Assembly: GCA_963842945.1 (NCBI GenBank)
Contig: CAWJIM010000016.1
Span: 1-64,000, forward strand
DNA length: 64,000 bases
Direction of reading: 5' to 3'
Source of the DNA: an uncultured Gemmatimonadales bacterium
GTDB taxonomy: Bacteria; Gemmatimonadota; Gemmatimonadetes; Gemmatimonadales; GWC2-71-9
In this document: piece by piece, positions 1 to 11,289 of the stretch
Position numbering within the stretch: the first letter of the stretch is position 1
Layout: each line of letters starts with the position of its first letter
Notes under the pieces: generated by a model
The model's database searches: none
Told to the model about the DNA's origin: nothing
Seen by the model: the letters and a program-made list of their open reading frames with translations, nothing else
Translations under genes and position numbers: made by a program

Positions 1-16
1 GTCCTGTGTACCTGCG

Positions 17-67
17 GGCTAACTAGCGCATCGAGCTGGTGGCACATCATCTTAAGGAACGTTAGAT
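17..67 (+). repeat. degenerate/shortened integron attC-like site
   Basis: GGCTAAC (17-23) ... GTTAGAT (61-67): complementary CTAAC/GTTAG core ends, just upstream of a cassette-like ORF; only 51 bp, so probably internally deleted. Confidence 0.45.
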
Positions 68-108
68 AACGACCGCCACTGATTCCAAGCACGACCGCAC
101 CTATCGAG

Positions 109-672
109 ATGCCCAAAGCGAAAGAGATTACCGCGAAGCAACGCGACGGCTTGCTTAGGACACTGAAGGCCCGCTTCGACGCGCACATGCACCGCCATGC
201 AGGTCTCGAATGGACTACGGTGCAAGCACGACTCGAGTCGAACAGTGCCAAGCTCTGGTCGCTCAACGAGATGGAGCAATCTGGCGGCGAACCGGATGTT
301 GTTGGCATCGATAAGACGACCGGTGAATGCATCTTTGTGGATTGTTCAGCGCAGAGCCCTAAGGGACGCCGCAGCGTTTGTTACGATCGCGAAGCGCTCG
401 AGGCACGGAAGGAGCACAAACCGAAGACCAGCGCCGTCGAGATGGCAACTGCTATGGGTGCCGCACTCCTGACAGTGGACGAGTATCAGGGGCTTCAGGC
501 GCTTGGTCAGTTCGATACGACAACGTCCAGCTGGGTGCAAACACCTGCTAAGATCCGGAAGCTCGGCGGCGCGCTGTTCTGCGATCGCCGCTACGACACG
601 GTCTTCGTGTACCACAACGGCGCCGAGTCCTACTATGCCGCTCGGGGGTTCCGGTGCTCACTCAGAGTCTAG
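109..672 (+). CDS. DUF4256 family protein
   Basis: 187-aa ORF with MEQSGGEPDVV, SPKGRRSVCYD, YHNGAESYYAARGFR motifs recalled for this family. Confidence 0.85.
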   Translation: MPKAKEITAKQRDGLLRTLKARFDAHMHRHAGLEWTTVQARLESNSAKLWSLNEMEQSGGEPDVVGIDKTTGECIFVDCSAQSPKGRRSVCYDREALEARKEHKPKTSAVEMATAMGAALLTVDEYQGLQALGQFDTTTSSWVQTPAKIRKLGGALFCDRRYDTVFVYHNGAESYYAARGFRCSLRV

Positions 673-802
673 CTGAGGGACCCTTCAGCTCTAATGGAGT
701 GCGCGCGCCGTGCTTCCTGGTTGCCTTCTCTCCTGTGGGACATTAGTGTGAAAAACTACTCTTGAGTGCATTCGGACCCGGCTGGCCGGTAAGGAGTTGG
801 GT

Positions 803-2875
803 ATGCTGCAGCACCCGAGTCCGCAGGACTATCAGGCCATCTTCGACGCCACGCCTGGCAACTACCTGCTCCTGAGTCCCGACCTCACCATCGTCGGCGT
901 CAATCAGTGTTATCTCGCAGCCACCATGACCCGCCGGGAAGACATCGTCGGGCGGGGACTGTTCGAGATCTTTCCCGACAATCCGGAAGACCCCAACGCG
1001 GACGGAGTTCGGAACCTCCGCGCCTCGCTGCAGCGGGTGATGGCCGGCAAGCGGCCCGACCGGATGCCGGTCCAGAAGTACGACATCCGCCGCCCTGAGT
1101 CGGAGGGAGGTGGCTTCGAGGAGCGCTACTGGAGTCCCCTCAACAGCCCGCTGCTGGATGAACGGGGCGAGGTCAGCTACATCATCCACTGGGTCGAGGA
1201 TGTCACCGAGTTCATCCGGCTCAAGCAGCAGATGATGCGACAGGATCTCCGCAATACCAGGCCCGAGAGCACGTCAAGCAGTATCGAGGCCGAGGTTTAT
1301 CTCCGGACCGAGGCGATCGAGGCCCACCGGCAGCTCACCGAGACCGGACGTCACTACCAGTTCCTGGCCGACTTCGTCCCCCAGCTCATCTGGACCGCCG
1401 ATCCGACGGGCGCTGCCGACTACTTCAACCACCGTTGGACCGAGTTCACCCGCCTGGAGCGGGAACAGCTCCTGATGGATGGGTGGCAGCAACTGCTCCA
1501 CCCCGAGGACCGGGCGGCCACGATCGAGCTGTGGCAGGAGACCTTCAGCACCGGAGCCGAGCGCTACCAGGTCCAGCATCGGCTGCGCTGCCATGACGGG
1601 AGCTACCGCTGGATCCTCACCACCGCCCTGCCCTATCGGGACGCCGAGGGCCGGATCCTGAAGTGGTTCGGAAGCTCGACCGATATCCACGATAAGGTCA
1701 TGGCCGACGAGCGGCTGCAGCAAGCCCAGCGGCTTCAGGCCGCAGGACAGCTCGCTGGAGGCGTGGCCCACGAAGTCAATAACATGATGACGATCGTGAT
1801 GGGCTGTGGAGAGTTCGCGCTCCAGTCGCTTCCGGCAGAACACCCCCAGCGGACTGAAATTGCAGAAATGGTGAAGGCGGCCGGGCGAGCCTCCGACGTG
1901 ACCCGCCAACTTCTGGCCTACAGCCGCCAGCAGGTTTTCCGAGTTCAAGCCTTAAACCTGAACGAGGTGGTGCGGGACCTCACGCCGGCGCTGATCCGCC
2001 TCATCGGATCGGACCGGCAGCTTGCGGTGCGGCACACGCCGGGCGACGTGTGGATCCGGGCCGATCGGGGGCAGATCGAGCAGGTGCTGATCAACCTGGT
2101 GGCCAACGCTCGCGATGCGACCGAGACCGATGGCCTTGTCGTGGTAGAAACCGGAATGGTGGAGCTGGACCAGGAGCAGTTGAGCCGAAACCACGAAGAG
2201 GAGCTCTCTCCCGGGCCCTTCGTCCGGTTGGGGGTGAGAGACAACGGCTCCGGGATTGCCCCGGAGATCGCGGCCCGGGTATTCGAGCCGTTCTTCACCA
2301 CCAAAGCGCTGGGCCAGGGAACCGGTCTTGGTCTCTCCATGGTGTACGGCATTGTGAAGCAGAGCGGAGGATTTCCGGAGCTGATCAGCGAACCAGGTGA
2401 GGGTACCACGGTGGCGGTGTACTTCCCAGCCGTGCGGGACGAGCCGGCAGTGGACAGGATGGTCACGACCAGGTTACGCGGCGCCGGGGAGCAGATCCTC
2501 GTGGTGGAAGACGACCCCCAGGTGCGAGCGATCGTGCGGCGGGCGCTTCAGGCGGCAGGGTATGCGGTGTATGAAGCGATCACCGGCCTGGCGGCGATCA
2601 ACTTCATGGCGGCCCACGCCCGGCGAAATCGACTTGGTGGTGAGTGACGTGGTGATGCCCGGCGTGAACGGCCGGGAGCTGGCCGAACAGCTCCGACCGC
2701 CCACCCCGAGCTGCCGATCCTCTACATGTCAGGCTACCCCGAGGCGGAGATCGAACGGCGGGGACTCAACATCGCGCACGCGAGCTTCCTCCAGAAGCCG
2801 TTCCCACCCGACGCATTGGTGACGGCGGTACACGGGGCCCTGTCCCGGCGGCCAAGCTCGCCCCGAGTGCCGTGA
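803..2875 (+). CDS. hybrid PAS-PAS sensor histidine kinase with C-terminal receiver (frameshifts ~2620 and ~2700)
   Basis: AAGGAG RBS at 791-796; two PAS/PAC domains; H-box AHEVNN, N-box NLVANARDA, DNGSGI, GTGLGL; receiver ILVVEDD continues as SDVVMP and FLQKPF in shifted frames, stop TGA 2873-2875. Confidence 0.9.
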
Positions 2876-2878
2876 CGC

Positions 2879-3370
2879 TTACCCCCGCTTGCTGAGACAG
2901 CGGCGGACTTCCTCGAGCAGACGCTCCGCCTTAAACGGCTTGGGCACCACGCCGCAGGGTGCCGCCACTCCCATTCCCGCCAGCTCACCCTGAGCATAGG
3001 CCGACATGAGGATCACCGGAACACCGGGACGGGTGACGGCCAGCGCCTTCATCAGCTCGACGCCGTTGAGCCGGGGCATGATGATGTCGGAAACCACCAG
3101 CTCCACCGGCACGGCTTTCTTCTCGACCAACTCCAGTGCTTCGGCCCCATCGGCAGCTTCGTGCACCGTATGGCCATCCTGTTGCAGGATCCTCGTGACG
3201 AAGCGCCGGACCGCGCGCTCATCATCCACCACGAGCACGTGACATCCGTCTTCGTTGACGCACGAAGGCAAGCTGGGGGAGGACCCCGCGGCGGTGCCGG
3301 GTACGGTGTCGGTCACTAGAAAAACCGAGTTGACTTCAGCTGGGGGTAACTCAAAAATAGCAGCAGCCAT
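2879..3370 (-). CDS. single-domain response regulator (receiver), convergent with the kinase; start uncertain
   Basis: VLVVDDE, SDIIMP, LMSAY, PKPF receiver motifs. Confidence 0.8.
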   Translation of the reverse strand: MAAAIFELPPAEVNSVFLVTDTVPGTAAGSSPSLPSCVNEDGCHVLVVDDERAVRRFVTRILQQDGHTVHEAADGAEALELVEKKAVPVELVVSDIIMPRLNGVELMKALAVTRPGVPVILMSAYAQGELAGMGVAAPCGVVPKPFKAERLLEEVRRCLSKRG

Positions 3371-3523
3371 GAAGAGAACGCCAGGCGAGCCGTCTGACGA
3401 TGCCGGCAACGAAGCCGTGGACCTGGCGGCCGACCAACAAGCAAATACAGCTGGGGCACGATACACCGTCCGTCAGCGGATCGCGTATGCGGAGGAGATC
3501 ATACGACATTCCGAGTTCCGAGC

Positions 3524-3841
3524 ATGCGCGTGAGTCTGGTCCTCCTTCTCATGGGATGCACCCGCTGGGAATCCTATGAGGTGCCTCGGACGCCGGAGCC
3601 CGCCTTACCATCCTACGTGCGCGTCTCTATGGCGGGCCGCCCTTCCACCGTGCTGGTGCAACCGTTCGTGCAGCTGGATACCCTCTATGGCCGCTCACAA
3701 GGAGACACTCTCGGCTTCGCCTTACCCGCCATCGAGCGGGTTGAGCGACCCCGAGTCGACGGGCTCCGCACAGCGGGACTGGTGGTTGGCAGCATGGCTG
3801 CCTGGATTACGCTAGGCTTGGTGGGAGGGGGTCTGGAGTAG
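3524..3841 (+). CDS. hypothetical lipoprotein with C-terminal hydrophobic segment
   Basis: MRVSLVLLLMG-C lipobox-like start; C-terminal TM segment. Confidence 0.6.
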   Translation: MRVSLVLLLMGCTRWESYEVPRTPEPALPSYVRVSMAGRPSTVLVQPFVQLDTLYGRSQGDTLGFALPAIERVERPRVDGLRTAGLVVGSMAAWITLGLVGGGLE

Positions 3842-3919
3842 CGGAGCGTGGCGCGGTAGTGCAGCCCGCGGCCCTTCAACTGTAATGAACGTTAGGAGCG
3901 GCATCCGACGGTTCCCTCG

Positions 3920-6900
3920 TTGCCCGACGCACCCGACCTCCTCGCGGCCGCCCTGGCCGACCGCTATCGCATCGAGCGAGAGCTCGGACGCGGCGGCATG
4001 GCCACGGTATATCTCGCCCACGACATCCGGCACGACCGACCCGTCGCCCTGAAGGTCCTGCGACCCGAGCTGGCCGCCTCCCTCGGACCGGAGCGGTTTC
4101 TGCTGGAAATCAGGATCGCCGCCCGCCTCCGGCATCCGCACATCCTGCCCGTACACGACTCGGGCGAGGCGGCGAGCCGGTTGTGGTACACCATGCCGTA
4201 CGTGGAGGGCGAATCCCTCCGGGAGCTGCTGGCGCGCGAGCGCCAGCTTCCGGTCGACCGAGCGGTGCGGATCGCCAGCCAGGTACTGAGCGCCCTGGGC
4301 TACGCCCACGCGCACGACGTCATCCACCGCGACATCAAACCGGAAAACATCCTCCTGGAGAGTGACCAGGCGGTGGTGGCGGACTTCGGAGTGGCACGGG
4401 CCATCAGCGCCGCGGGTCAGGACCGGCTCACCGAGACCGGCTTGGCACTGGGGACTCCGGCCTACATGAGCCCGGAGCAGGCCACCGCCACCCGGGAGCT
4501 GGACGGACGGAGCGATCTGTACGCGCTCGGTTGCGTGCTCTACGAGATGCTCGCGGGGCAGCCACCGTTCGTCGGGGCCACGGCGCAGCAACTGCTCGCC
4601 CGGCACGCGATCGATCCGGTTCCACCGCTCCGGACGGTGCGCGACACGGTACCTACGGGAGTAGAGCAAAGCGTGACGCGAGCGCTGGCCAAGGTTCCCG
4701 CCGACCGCTTCGCGACGGCTGCGGACTTTGCCGAGGCACTGACCAGAGCCGGTGATTCGCACCGTAGGGTCCTCCGCACCACCCCGACGCCGGAGTACGC
4801 GCCGACTGGTCGCCCCGGCGGCCGCGGCGCTCGGGCTCGCGCTCGTGGCGGGATATCTGTGGTGGCCGCATCCCAAGACCGTAGTCGACCCGAACCTGGT
4901 CGCCGTGGTTCCGTTCCGCGTAAGAGGCGCGGCTCAGGCGCTGGGCTACCTGCGGGAGGGGATGATCGATCTCGTCGCGGCGCGCCTGACCGGAGAGGGC
5001 GGCGCGCGGGCGGCAGACCCGGGCTCGGTGATGACGGCCTGGCGGAAGGCGGCGGGCTCCGAGGCGGACGATCTCCCGGAGCGCGACGCGCTCGGTCTGG
5101 CTCGCCGGCTCGGGGCCGGTCGTCTCCTGGTCGGGGGCGTCGTGGGGACGCCCGGTCATGTGGCCCTCAACGCCTCCCTGCTTCCGGTTGAAGGCGGTGG
5201 CCCGCGGGCCGAGGCCAAGGTCGAAGGTGTGGCGGACAGCCTGCCTCAGCTGGTGGACCGGTTGATCGCCCAGCTCATCACCGAGGAGGCGGGAGCGCCG
5301 CACGGACTCGCAGGCCTGGTCAACCGTCCGCTGCCGGCGCTACGGCTGTACCTCGAGGCTCAGGCGGCATATCGCCGCGCCAATTACGTCGACGCGGTCG
5401 CCCGACTCAGTCAGGCGCTCGATCTGGATTCGACCTTTGCAATCGCGGGCCTGAGACTCGCGAGCGCCGCCGGATGGACCGCGACGCCGGGCGCGGCTCG
5501 GCGGGGACTGGAGCGCGCCTGGAGCAGTCGTGACCGGTTGAGCCCGCCCGATCTGGCATTGTTGAGGGCCGAAGTGGGTCCGGATTATCCGGCTGTCTCA
5601 CCGCTGGCGAAGCATCTGGCATGGTGGGAACGCGCCGTGGATCTCGCCCCCGACCAGGCGGAGCGGTGGTACGAGCTGGGCGACGTGTACTTCCACGAGG
5701 GTTTCTACCTGCAGATCGAGTCCACCCGGCGGCGGGCGGCGGAGGCCTTCCGCCGGTCGGTGGCGCTCGACTCGAGCAGCGCGCCGCTGGGACACCTGAT
5801 CGAGGTCGCAGTGCTGGACGACGACAGCGCGGCGGTGCGGCGCCTGGCCCCCCTGTACCTGGCCCGCGACTCGAGCGGCGAGCTGCTTGGCTTTTACCGC
5901 TGGCGCATCGCCGAGGGGCTGCACGACGAGCCGGCGCTGACCGCACTGCGGGCACAGTATCGGCCGATGGCGCTGCCGAGTCTGTGGCGGATCATGAACC
6001 ACGCGGTGCTCGACGGCCGTGGTATGGAGGACGCCGAATCGGCCGCCGTCGCCATCCGCTCCAAGGCGGGGCGGAGCTCCGACTGGCAGCGCAGCAAGAC
6101 CTATCTGCACGCCTTCGAGATCAACCGCGGCCATCCGGCAAAGGCGCTGGGGGACACGGCGCGGTCGGATGAGGAGGAGTACGCGCCCCACACGGCCCTG
6201 TACGAGCGAGTGCTCGACGCCATGTACGGCGATGGGGACAGCGTGAACGGCAGCCAGGCGGCGGGGGAGTTGGCCCGGCTCACGACGCATCCCGCGTCAG
6301 GAGGAAATGACACGCGAGCGGTTGCGCAGACTAACCTTTGCGTTGTCACCCTCTGGCGCCTTAGCCATGGCGAGCCCGGGGGCGCCGCTCAGGCCATCAC
6401 GCGCCTTCGCTCCCGTGCGCCGGGCGACCTACCGGCGTCGCTCACCAGTAACACGATTTGCGCGGCGCTGCTCGATGCCAAGCTCGCGGCTGCTTCAGGC
6501 GCAGCCGGCGCGGCCGCCGCGCTGGATAACCTGGACAACCTCATGCGGAGTGGTCCCGGCGGACAGCGCAACGGGCCCTCGGTGGCGTTCACCCTCAGCC
6601 CGGCGTACGTCAGGTCCACGGTCGGGATCAGTCCCGTCGGCTTCGAAGACTTCGCCAACCTGGAGGTGGCTCGCCTGCGCGAGCGCCAAGGCAACATCCG
6701 GGCGGCGCTGTCCGCGGTCAGGCGGAGGGGATACTCATACCATCTCACCGATTACCTGGCAACGCACCTGCGTGAGGAGGGCCGGCTGGCCGCTCTCAGC
6801 GGAGACACGTCGGGGGCGATCCGCGCCTACCGCCACTACCTGGCACTGCGGTCGGATCCGGAGCCGGCTCTCCGGACGGTGGTGGAGGCGGTACGAGCGG

Positions 6901-6929
6901 ACCTGGCGAAGCTGGCTGGGAGCCCCTGA
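3920..6929 (+). CDS. Hanks-type Ser/Thr kinase with TM and helical/TPR-like C-terminal region (frameshift ~4770)
   Basis: GRGGMATV, ALKV, HRDIKPEN, DFG, GTPAYMSPE; C-terminal part continues in ORF 4752-6929. Confidence 0.85.
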
Positions 6930-6955
6930 CTAACAGACGCCATCAACAGATTCGG

Positions 6956-7504
6956 ATGGAAACACTATTCATTGCCAAGCGGCCGTTCGACCCCACAGTT
7001 GGAGAGCCTTGGGACCGATATGTTACCTGGTCCGGTCTTTCCCAGCTGACCGAAGTCGTTTCACTGGACAGCATGCTGTGTCCCACTCTCCCGGAGGAGC
7101 TCACGCCTCCGGACTGGAACTACAACGTCCATGCGGATTATCTGGTGTTCTTCTTCCGATCGCTGGATTACTTGCGGAATCGGGTCGCCGGGAACGGCCC
7201 GCTCAACCTACTTGCGGTGCTCCAGAATCCCACGGAATTCGAGGTGGCGGAGATGTCCCTCCCTGGCTTCGCCTTTGCCGGGTTCGATCTGGTCGATGTC
7301 CGGGGGGACATCAGTGCCCTGACAAACTGCGGCGGCTTCGACGGGGTCTTCCTGAATGCCGAGCTGTCGGAGCTTGGTCTGCTCACCAATCTGACCAGGG
7401 CACAGCAGGTGCAGGCCTCCCTGCGGCTCGAGTATCCAGAAGAATCTCACGCAGAGTGCCACGTCTGGGGCATCTGGCGGCAACGATTTCCTGCTGGGAG
7501 CTAG
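6956..7504 (+). CDS. hypothetical protein
   Basis: 182-aa ORF with protein-like composition (SALTNCGGF); no family recognised. Confidence 0.65.
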   Translation: METLFIAKRPFDPTVGEPWDRYVTWSGLSQLTEVVSLDSMLCPTLPEELTPPDWNYNVHADYLVFFFRSLDYLRNRVAGNGPLNLLAVLQNPTEFEVAEMSLPGFAFAGFDLVDVRGDISALTNCGGFDGVFLNAELSELGLLTNLTRAQQVQASLRLEYPEESHAECHVWGIWRQRFPAGS

Positions 7505-7509
7505 AGTTT

Positions 7510-8337
7510 CTGCCACGATCCTTCGCGAGAATTCACGTGCTCCTGGCGAGAGAAGCACCGCTCGGTGTGGTTATCCGGCGGGGGCCATCCAAGCAGGTCT
7601 GCACTATCGGCTGGGAACGGAGTCGTGACGAGTTCCAGCTGGGCCAGTGGCTCAGCGGACGCATCTACGAGCGGCGCAGCGACCTGTCTCCTGACGGGAA
7701 GCACCTGATCTACTTTGCGATGAACGGCAAATGGAGCGCTGAATCCAGAGGGTCCTGGACCGCCGTCTCCCGAGCACCCTATCTCAAGGCAGTGGCGTTC
7801 TTCCCCAAGGGCGATTGCTGGCACGGCGGAGGGCTATTCACCGGCAACCGCTCGTACTGGCTCAATGCCGGGTACGGCTGTTCCGAGCTGCACAAAACGG
7901 ATGAGGTCGAGCGCGACCTCGACTTTCAACCGTCCGGCTCGGTCGGCGGCGAGTGTCTCAGCGTCTACTATCCGCGGCTGCTCCGGGACGGGTGGACGCA
8001 TGTCGAGCGCCTCAGCCTCGCGAAGTGGAAGGATTATGACGTGTTCGAGAAACTGCTGGATCACGGGTGGGTGCTGCGGAAGATTGCGCACGCGGAGATC
8101 GGGGCGCCCCCGGGCAAGGGCTGCTACTGGGATGAGCACGAGCTTGTCCATCCCGGCTCCGGTCAGCGAGTCCGACAGCCCGATTGGGAATGGGCGGACC
8201 TGGACGCAAATCGTCTAGTCTGGGCGGAACATGGTAAGCTGTTTGGCGGACGTATTCGCGAAGAAGGACTGGTGGACAAGGCACAGCTCTTCGACTTCAA
8301 CCGGATGACATTCGAGCAAATCACGGCGCCGTACTGA
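7510..8337 (+). CDS. hypothetical Trp/Gly-rich protein; start unclear
   Basis: Protein-like segment from RIHVLLAREAPLGVVIRRGPS through DLSPDGKHLIYFA to the stop; no clear ATG. Confidence 0.6.
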   Translation: MPRSFARIHVLLAREAPLGVVIRRGPSKQVCTIGWERSRDEFQLGQWLSGRIYERRSDLSPDGKHLIYFAMNGKWSAESRGSWTAVSRAPYLKAVAFFPKGDCWHGGGLFTGNRSYWLNAGYGCSELHKTDEVERDLDFQPSGSVGGECLSVYYPRLLRDGWTHVERLSLAKWKDYDVFEKLLDHGWVLRKIAHAEIGAPPGKGCYWDEHELVHPGSGQRVRQPDWEWADLDANRLVWAEHGKLFGGRIREEGLVDKAQLFDFNRMTFEQITAPY

Positions 8338-8373
8338 CCTGGAGCGGAAGCCTCAAATCGTACCGCTCAGAGC

Positions 8374-8418
8374 GCCTGGTGGATCGTGAGCAAGATCTAC
8401 GTGGCCGAGCATCGCTGA
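8374..8418 (+). pseudogene. C-terminal remnant of an NTF2/lumazine-binding-like gene
   Basis: Reads AWWIVSKIYVAEHR*, resembling the WWIVSKIY end of such proteins; directly followed by an attC-like arm. Confidence 0.35.
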
Positions 8419-8431
8419 CCGGTTAGGAAGT

Positions 8432-8462
8432 CGTCGCAGCTGACACGCTGCCCGTTGGGCGG
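8432..8462 (+). repeat. attC-like right arm (L'-spacer-R')
   Basis: CGTCGCAGCTGACACGCTGCCCGTTGGGCGG; GTTRRRY at 8454-8460; aligns with copies at 10669, 12798, 13335. Confidence 0.6.
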
Positions 8463-8476
8463 AGGCACAGATTACG

Positions 8477-8833
8477 ATGGCGGATATGACTCCTGCTGAT
8501 TCGAAGCGTACCAAAATCCAGCGCGAATTCCTTCAGCGTCTGGGGTGGCAGGCTCTCTGGGCGCTTCTGCTGGTGGCGGGATCGCTCCTTGGGGGTATGG
8601 CGGGCTTTCACCATTGGGGTAGACTGGCGTGGCTTGACGCCTTTCTCAATGCCTCGATGTTGTTGGGGGGCATGGGGCCGGTCGGTGATCTGGGCCCCGC
8701 CGCGGGCAAGTTGTTTGGCGGCTTCTATGCGCTTTATGCCGGGCTGGTTTTTCTGATCGTGGCCGGTCTACTGGTCGCGCCAGTCTTCCATCATGTCTTG
8801 CACCGCTTTCATCTCGAAGACAAAGAACGCTGA
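8477..8833 (+). CDS. small membrane protein, K+ channel pore-like (2 TM)
   Basis: WLDAFLNASMLLGGMGP between two TM helices. Confidence 0.7.
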   Translation: MADMTPADSKRTKIQREFLQRLGWQALWALLLVAGSLLGGMAGFHHWGRLAWLDAFLNASMLLGGMGPVGDLGPAAGKLFGGFYALYAGLVFLIVAGLLVAPVFHHVLHRFHLEDKER

Positions 8834-8846
8834 GCCACCCCGATTC

Positions 8847-9467
8847 ATGCGCTACGTTCTTGATCTGGTGGGGGTCGCAGTATTCGCCATCAGCGGCGTG
8901 CTGGCCGCCGGACGTAAGGGCCTGGACGTCCTCGGCGTGGCAGTGATCGCGGTGGTAACGGCGATAGGTGGTGGGACGCTGCGCGACCTGCTGCTCGACC
9001 GGCATCCGATATTCTGGATCGCCGATCCCACCTACCTGTGGGTGATTCTGGCGGCGACCGCAGTGACGCTGGGGTATGTGCGGTTCTGGGCGGCATCGCG
9101 CCGCACCCTTCTCATCGCCGATGCCCTGGGATTGGCGTTCTTCACCATCGGCGGGGTGGAGATCGCGCAACAGGCGGGACACTCGGATCCTATCGCGCTG
9201 CTCATGGGAACAATCACCGGCGTCGCCGGGGGAGTGCTTCGGGACGTCCTCCTCGGCGAGATCCCGCTGATCTTTCGTCCCGGCCGCCTGTATGCCACGG
9301 CAGCTATCGTGGGTGCCGGACTTTATGTGCTGCTGGCGGGGCTCGGCGTCCCGAAGGAGACGGCAGCGCTGGCCGGCATGGGCGCAATCGCCGGGCTCCG
9401 GCTGGCCGCGATCTTCTGGGGACTCGAGTTACCGGTGGTCCAGCTCCCGGAAGACGAGACCCGTTGA
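8847..9467 (+). CDS. trimeric intracellular cation channel (UPF0126/YadS-like) family protein
   Basis: Repeated TAIGGGTLRD / TGVAGGVLRD motifs, ~7 TM. Confidence 0.9.
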   Translation: MRYVLDLVGVAVFAISGVLAAGRKGLDVLGVAVIAVVTAIGGGTLRDLLLDRHPIFWIADPTYLWVILAATAVTLGYVRFWAASRRTLLIADALGLAFFTIGGVEIAQQAGHSDPIALLMGTITGVAGGVLRDVLLGEIPLIFRPGRLYATAAIVGAGLYVLLAGLGVPKETAALAGMGAIAGLRLAAIFWGLELPVVQLPEDETR

Positions 9468-9515
9468 CGGGTCGCCTTCTGGCGAGGGTAGACTGTCCGT
9501 CAAGCACGGATACCG

Positions 9516-10649
9516 ATGAATAGACCTCGAATGGTAGAACGCATGGGCGGGCTCCTCCCGCTGATTAGTGTCGCGCTTGCCTGCGCTTCGGGTAGTAAAC
9601 CGGCGGAGCCGGCTGGCCCCGCCCCAGTGCTGCTTCCGGATTATCGCCCGGTTGCGGAAGGAGTACGCCAGTTCATTCTCGACACCATGCGCGTGCTCCG
9701 CGCACCCGGAGCGGCGATTTGCGTCAGAAAGGACGGCCGGCTGGTATGGAGTGAAGGCTTCGGCTATGCCGATCTCGAACAGCGGGTGCCGGTGACCTCC
9801 CAAACCAAATTCCGCATCGGGAGCGTGTCCAAACCACTTACTGCCGCCGCGCTGGGCCTCCTCAGCGAAGGCGGCAAGCTCGACTGGGATGCTCCGGTTC
9901 AGCGTTACGTCCCCAGCTTTCCGGTCAAGCGCTACCCGATCACGGTTCGGCAGGTCGCCGGGCATCTGGCAGGGATTCGGCACTACCTGCCGGGAGAGTT
10001 CGAGAACCAGAAGCACTACAGCACGGTGCTGGAGGGCCTGACGATCTTCCGGGACGACTCGCTGCTCTTCGAGCCCGGGACTCGATTCGCCTACTCCAGT
10101 TACGGATGGAATTTGTTGAGCGCGGTCATCGAGGGAGCGTCGGGCGAATCGTTTCTCAGCTTCATGCGGCGTCGGGTGTTTGCCCCCGCCGGCATGTCCC
10201 ACACTATGGCCGACTTTCCGGACAGCATCGTCCCGGCCCGGACCCGCTTCTACACCCGACCCGATTCAGTCGGGCCGGTTGTGAATGCGCCCTTCGTCGA
10301 TAACAGCTACAAGTGGGCCGGCGGCGGCTTCCTCTCGACCGCCGAAGACCTGTCGCAGTTTGGCGAACAGATGCTGGATGGGCGCCTGTTACACCCAGCC
10401 ACCGTCGCACTCCTCTGGACCTCGCAGCATACATTGGATGGGAAGGCCACGGATTACGGTATCGGTTGGGGTGTGCAGAAGGACGCGCACGACCGTCGCC
10501 GCGTTTCTCACTCAGGTGGCTCGGTGGGCGGGACGGCGAACCTGCTGATTTACCCGGCTGAACACCTGGTCGTGGTCGTGCTCGTCAACAGTGATCGCAC
10601 CTTCGTCGACGCTGTGCCTCGCTACGCGGAGCCGTTCCTGGCACCGTAA
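9516..10649 (+). CDS. secreted serine hydrolase (beta-lactamase/AmpC-like), lipoprotein
   Basis: ALA-C lipobox; SVSK (SxxK), YSS, HSG motifs. Confidence 0.85.
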   Translation: MNRPRMVERMGGLLPLISVALACASGSKPAEPAGPAPVLLPDYRPVAEGVRQFILDTMRVLRAPGAAICVRKDGRLVWSEGFGYADLEQRVPVTSQTKFRIGSVSKPLTAAALGLLSEGGKLDWDAPVQRYVPSFPVKRYPITVRQVAGHLAGIRHYLPGEFENQKHYSTVLEGLTIFRDDSLLFEPGTRFAYSSYGWNLLSAVIEGASGESFLSFMRRRVFAPAGMSHTMADFPDSIVPARTRFYTRPDSVGPVVNAPFVDNSYKWAGGGFLSTAEDLSQFGEQMLDGRLLHPATVALLWTSQHTLDGKATDYGIGWGVQKDAHDRRRVSHSGGSVGGTANLLIYPAEHLVVVVLVNSDRTFVDAVPRYAEPFLAP

Positions 10650-10668
10650 CGGCCCAGCGCTGAGAAGT

Positions 10669-10699
10669 CGCTGCGGCTGATGGGCGGTCCGCTAGGCGG
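10669..10699 (+). repeat. attC-like right arm
   Basis: CGCTGCGGCTGATGGGCGGTCCGCTAGGCGG; upstream gene ends in TAAC (10647-10650). Confidence 0.55.
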
Positions 10700-10703
10700 A
10701 CAC

Positions 10704-11180
10704 CTAGTCCTGGGGAGAGGAACGATCGATTCGAGCGATGAAGCAGCCGGCCTCAGCGTTGCGCAGATGGACATATTGTGTGCCAGGCTGGGCCCAGACC
10801 TGATCGAGCGTTGCCTCAAAGCTGCCGGTGCCAACTCGCCGCTGGACCAGCAGCGCTCCGCCCGCACCATAGCTTTCTAATACGAGGGGCAGAGGCCGAA
10901 GCGCCTCGGGGAGCCGCAGATCGTCGTACCGCTCGCAGGGCTCACGATGGATGAATATGGGACCGGGCGCCGGCAAGGCATCGGAATCGGTGAACGGCTG
11001 GTAGGTGAAGAGTAAGCGCTCGTCCGCGCCCACCGTGAACGTTTGCAGGCAAAGCCGGCACGGTCCGTATCCCGTCGCCAGCTCGACATGGGCCGGGTGG
11101 CCGTATTGCGGTGAGCGCATGGTTGCTCGCGTGTCCGCAGCGAGACTTTCGGGAATTCCTTGAATGCGGTAGCGATTCAT
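10704..11180 (-). CDS. DUF1203 family protein
   Basis: PCRLCL, GPIFIH, YVHLRNAEAGCF motifs. Confidence 0.85.
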   Translation of the reverse strand: MNRYRIQGIPESLAADTRATMRSPQYGHPAHVELATGYGPCRLCLQTFTVGADERLLFTYQPFTDSDALPAPGPIFIHREPCERYDDLRLPEALRPLPLVLESYGAGGALLVQRRVGTGSFEATLDQVWAQPGTQYVHLRNAEAGCFIARIDRSSPQD

Positions 11181-11289
11181 GGCTTGAAGGTATAGGCTCT
11201 GCTGCAGGCGGCCTCCCGAATCATGCGCTCAAAGTGAGCATGACCGGTGACAGGGACTCGCCAAGCTCTATGGCCGGGACTGTGTGACG

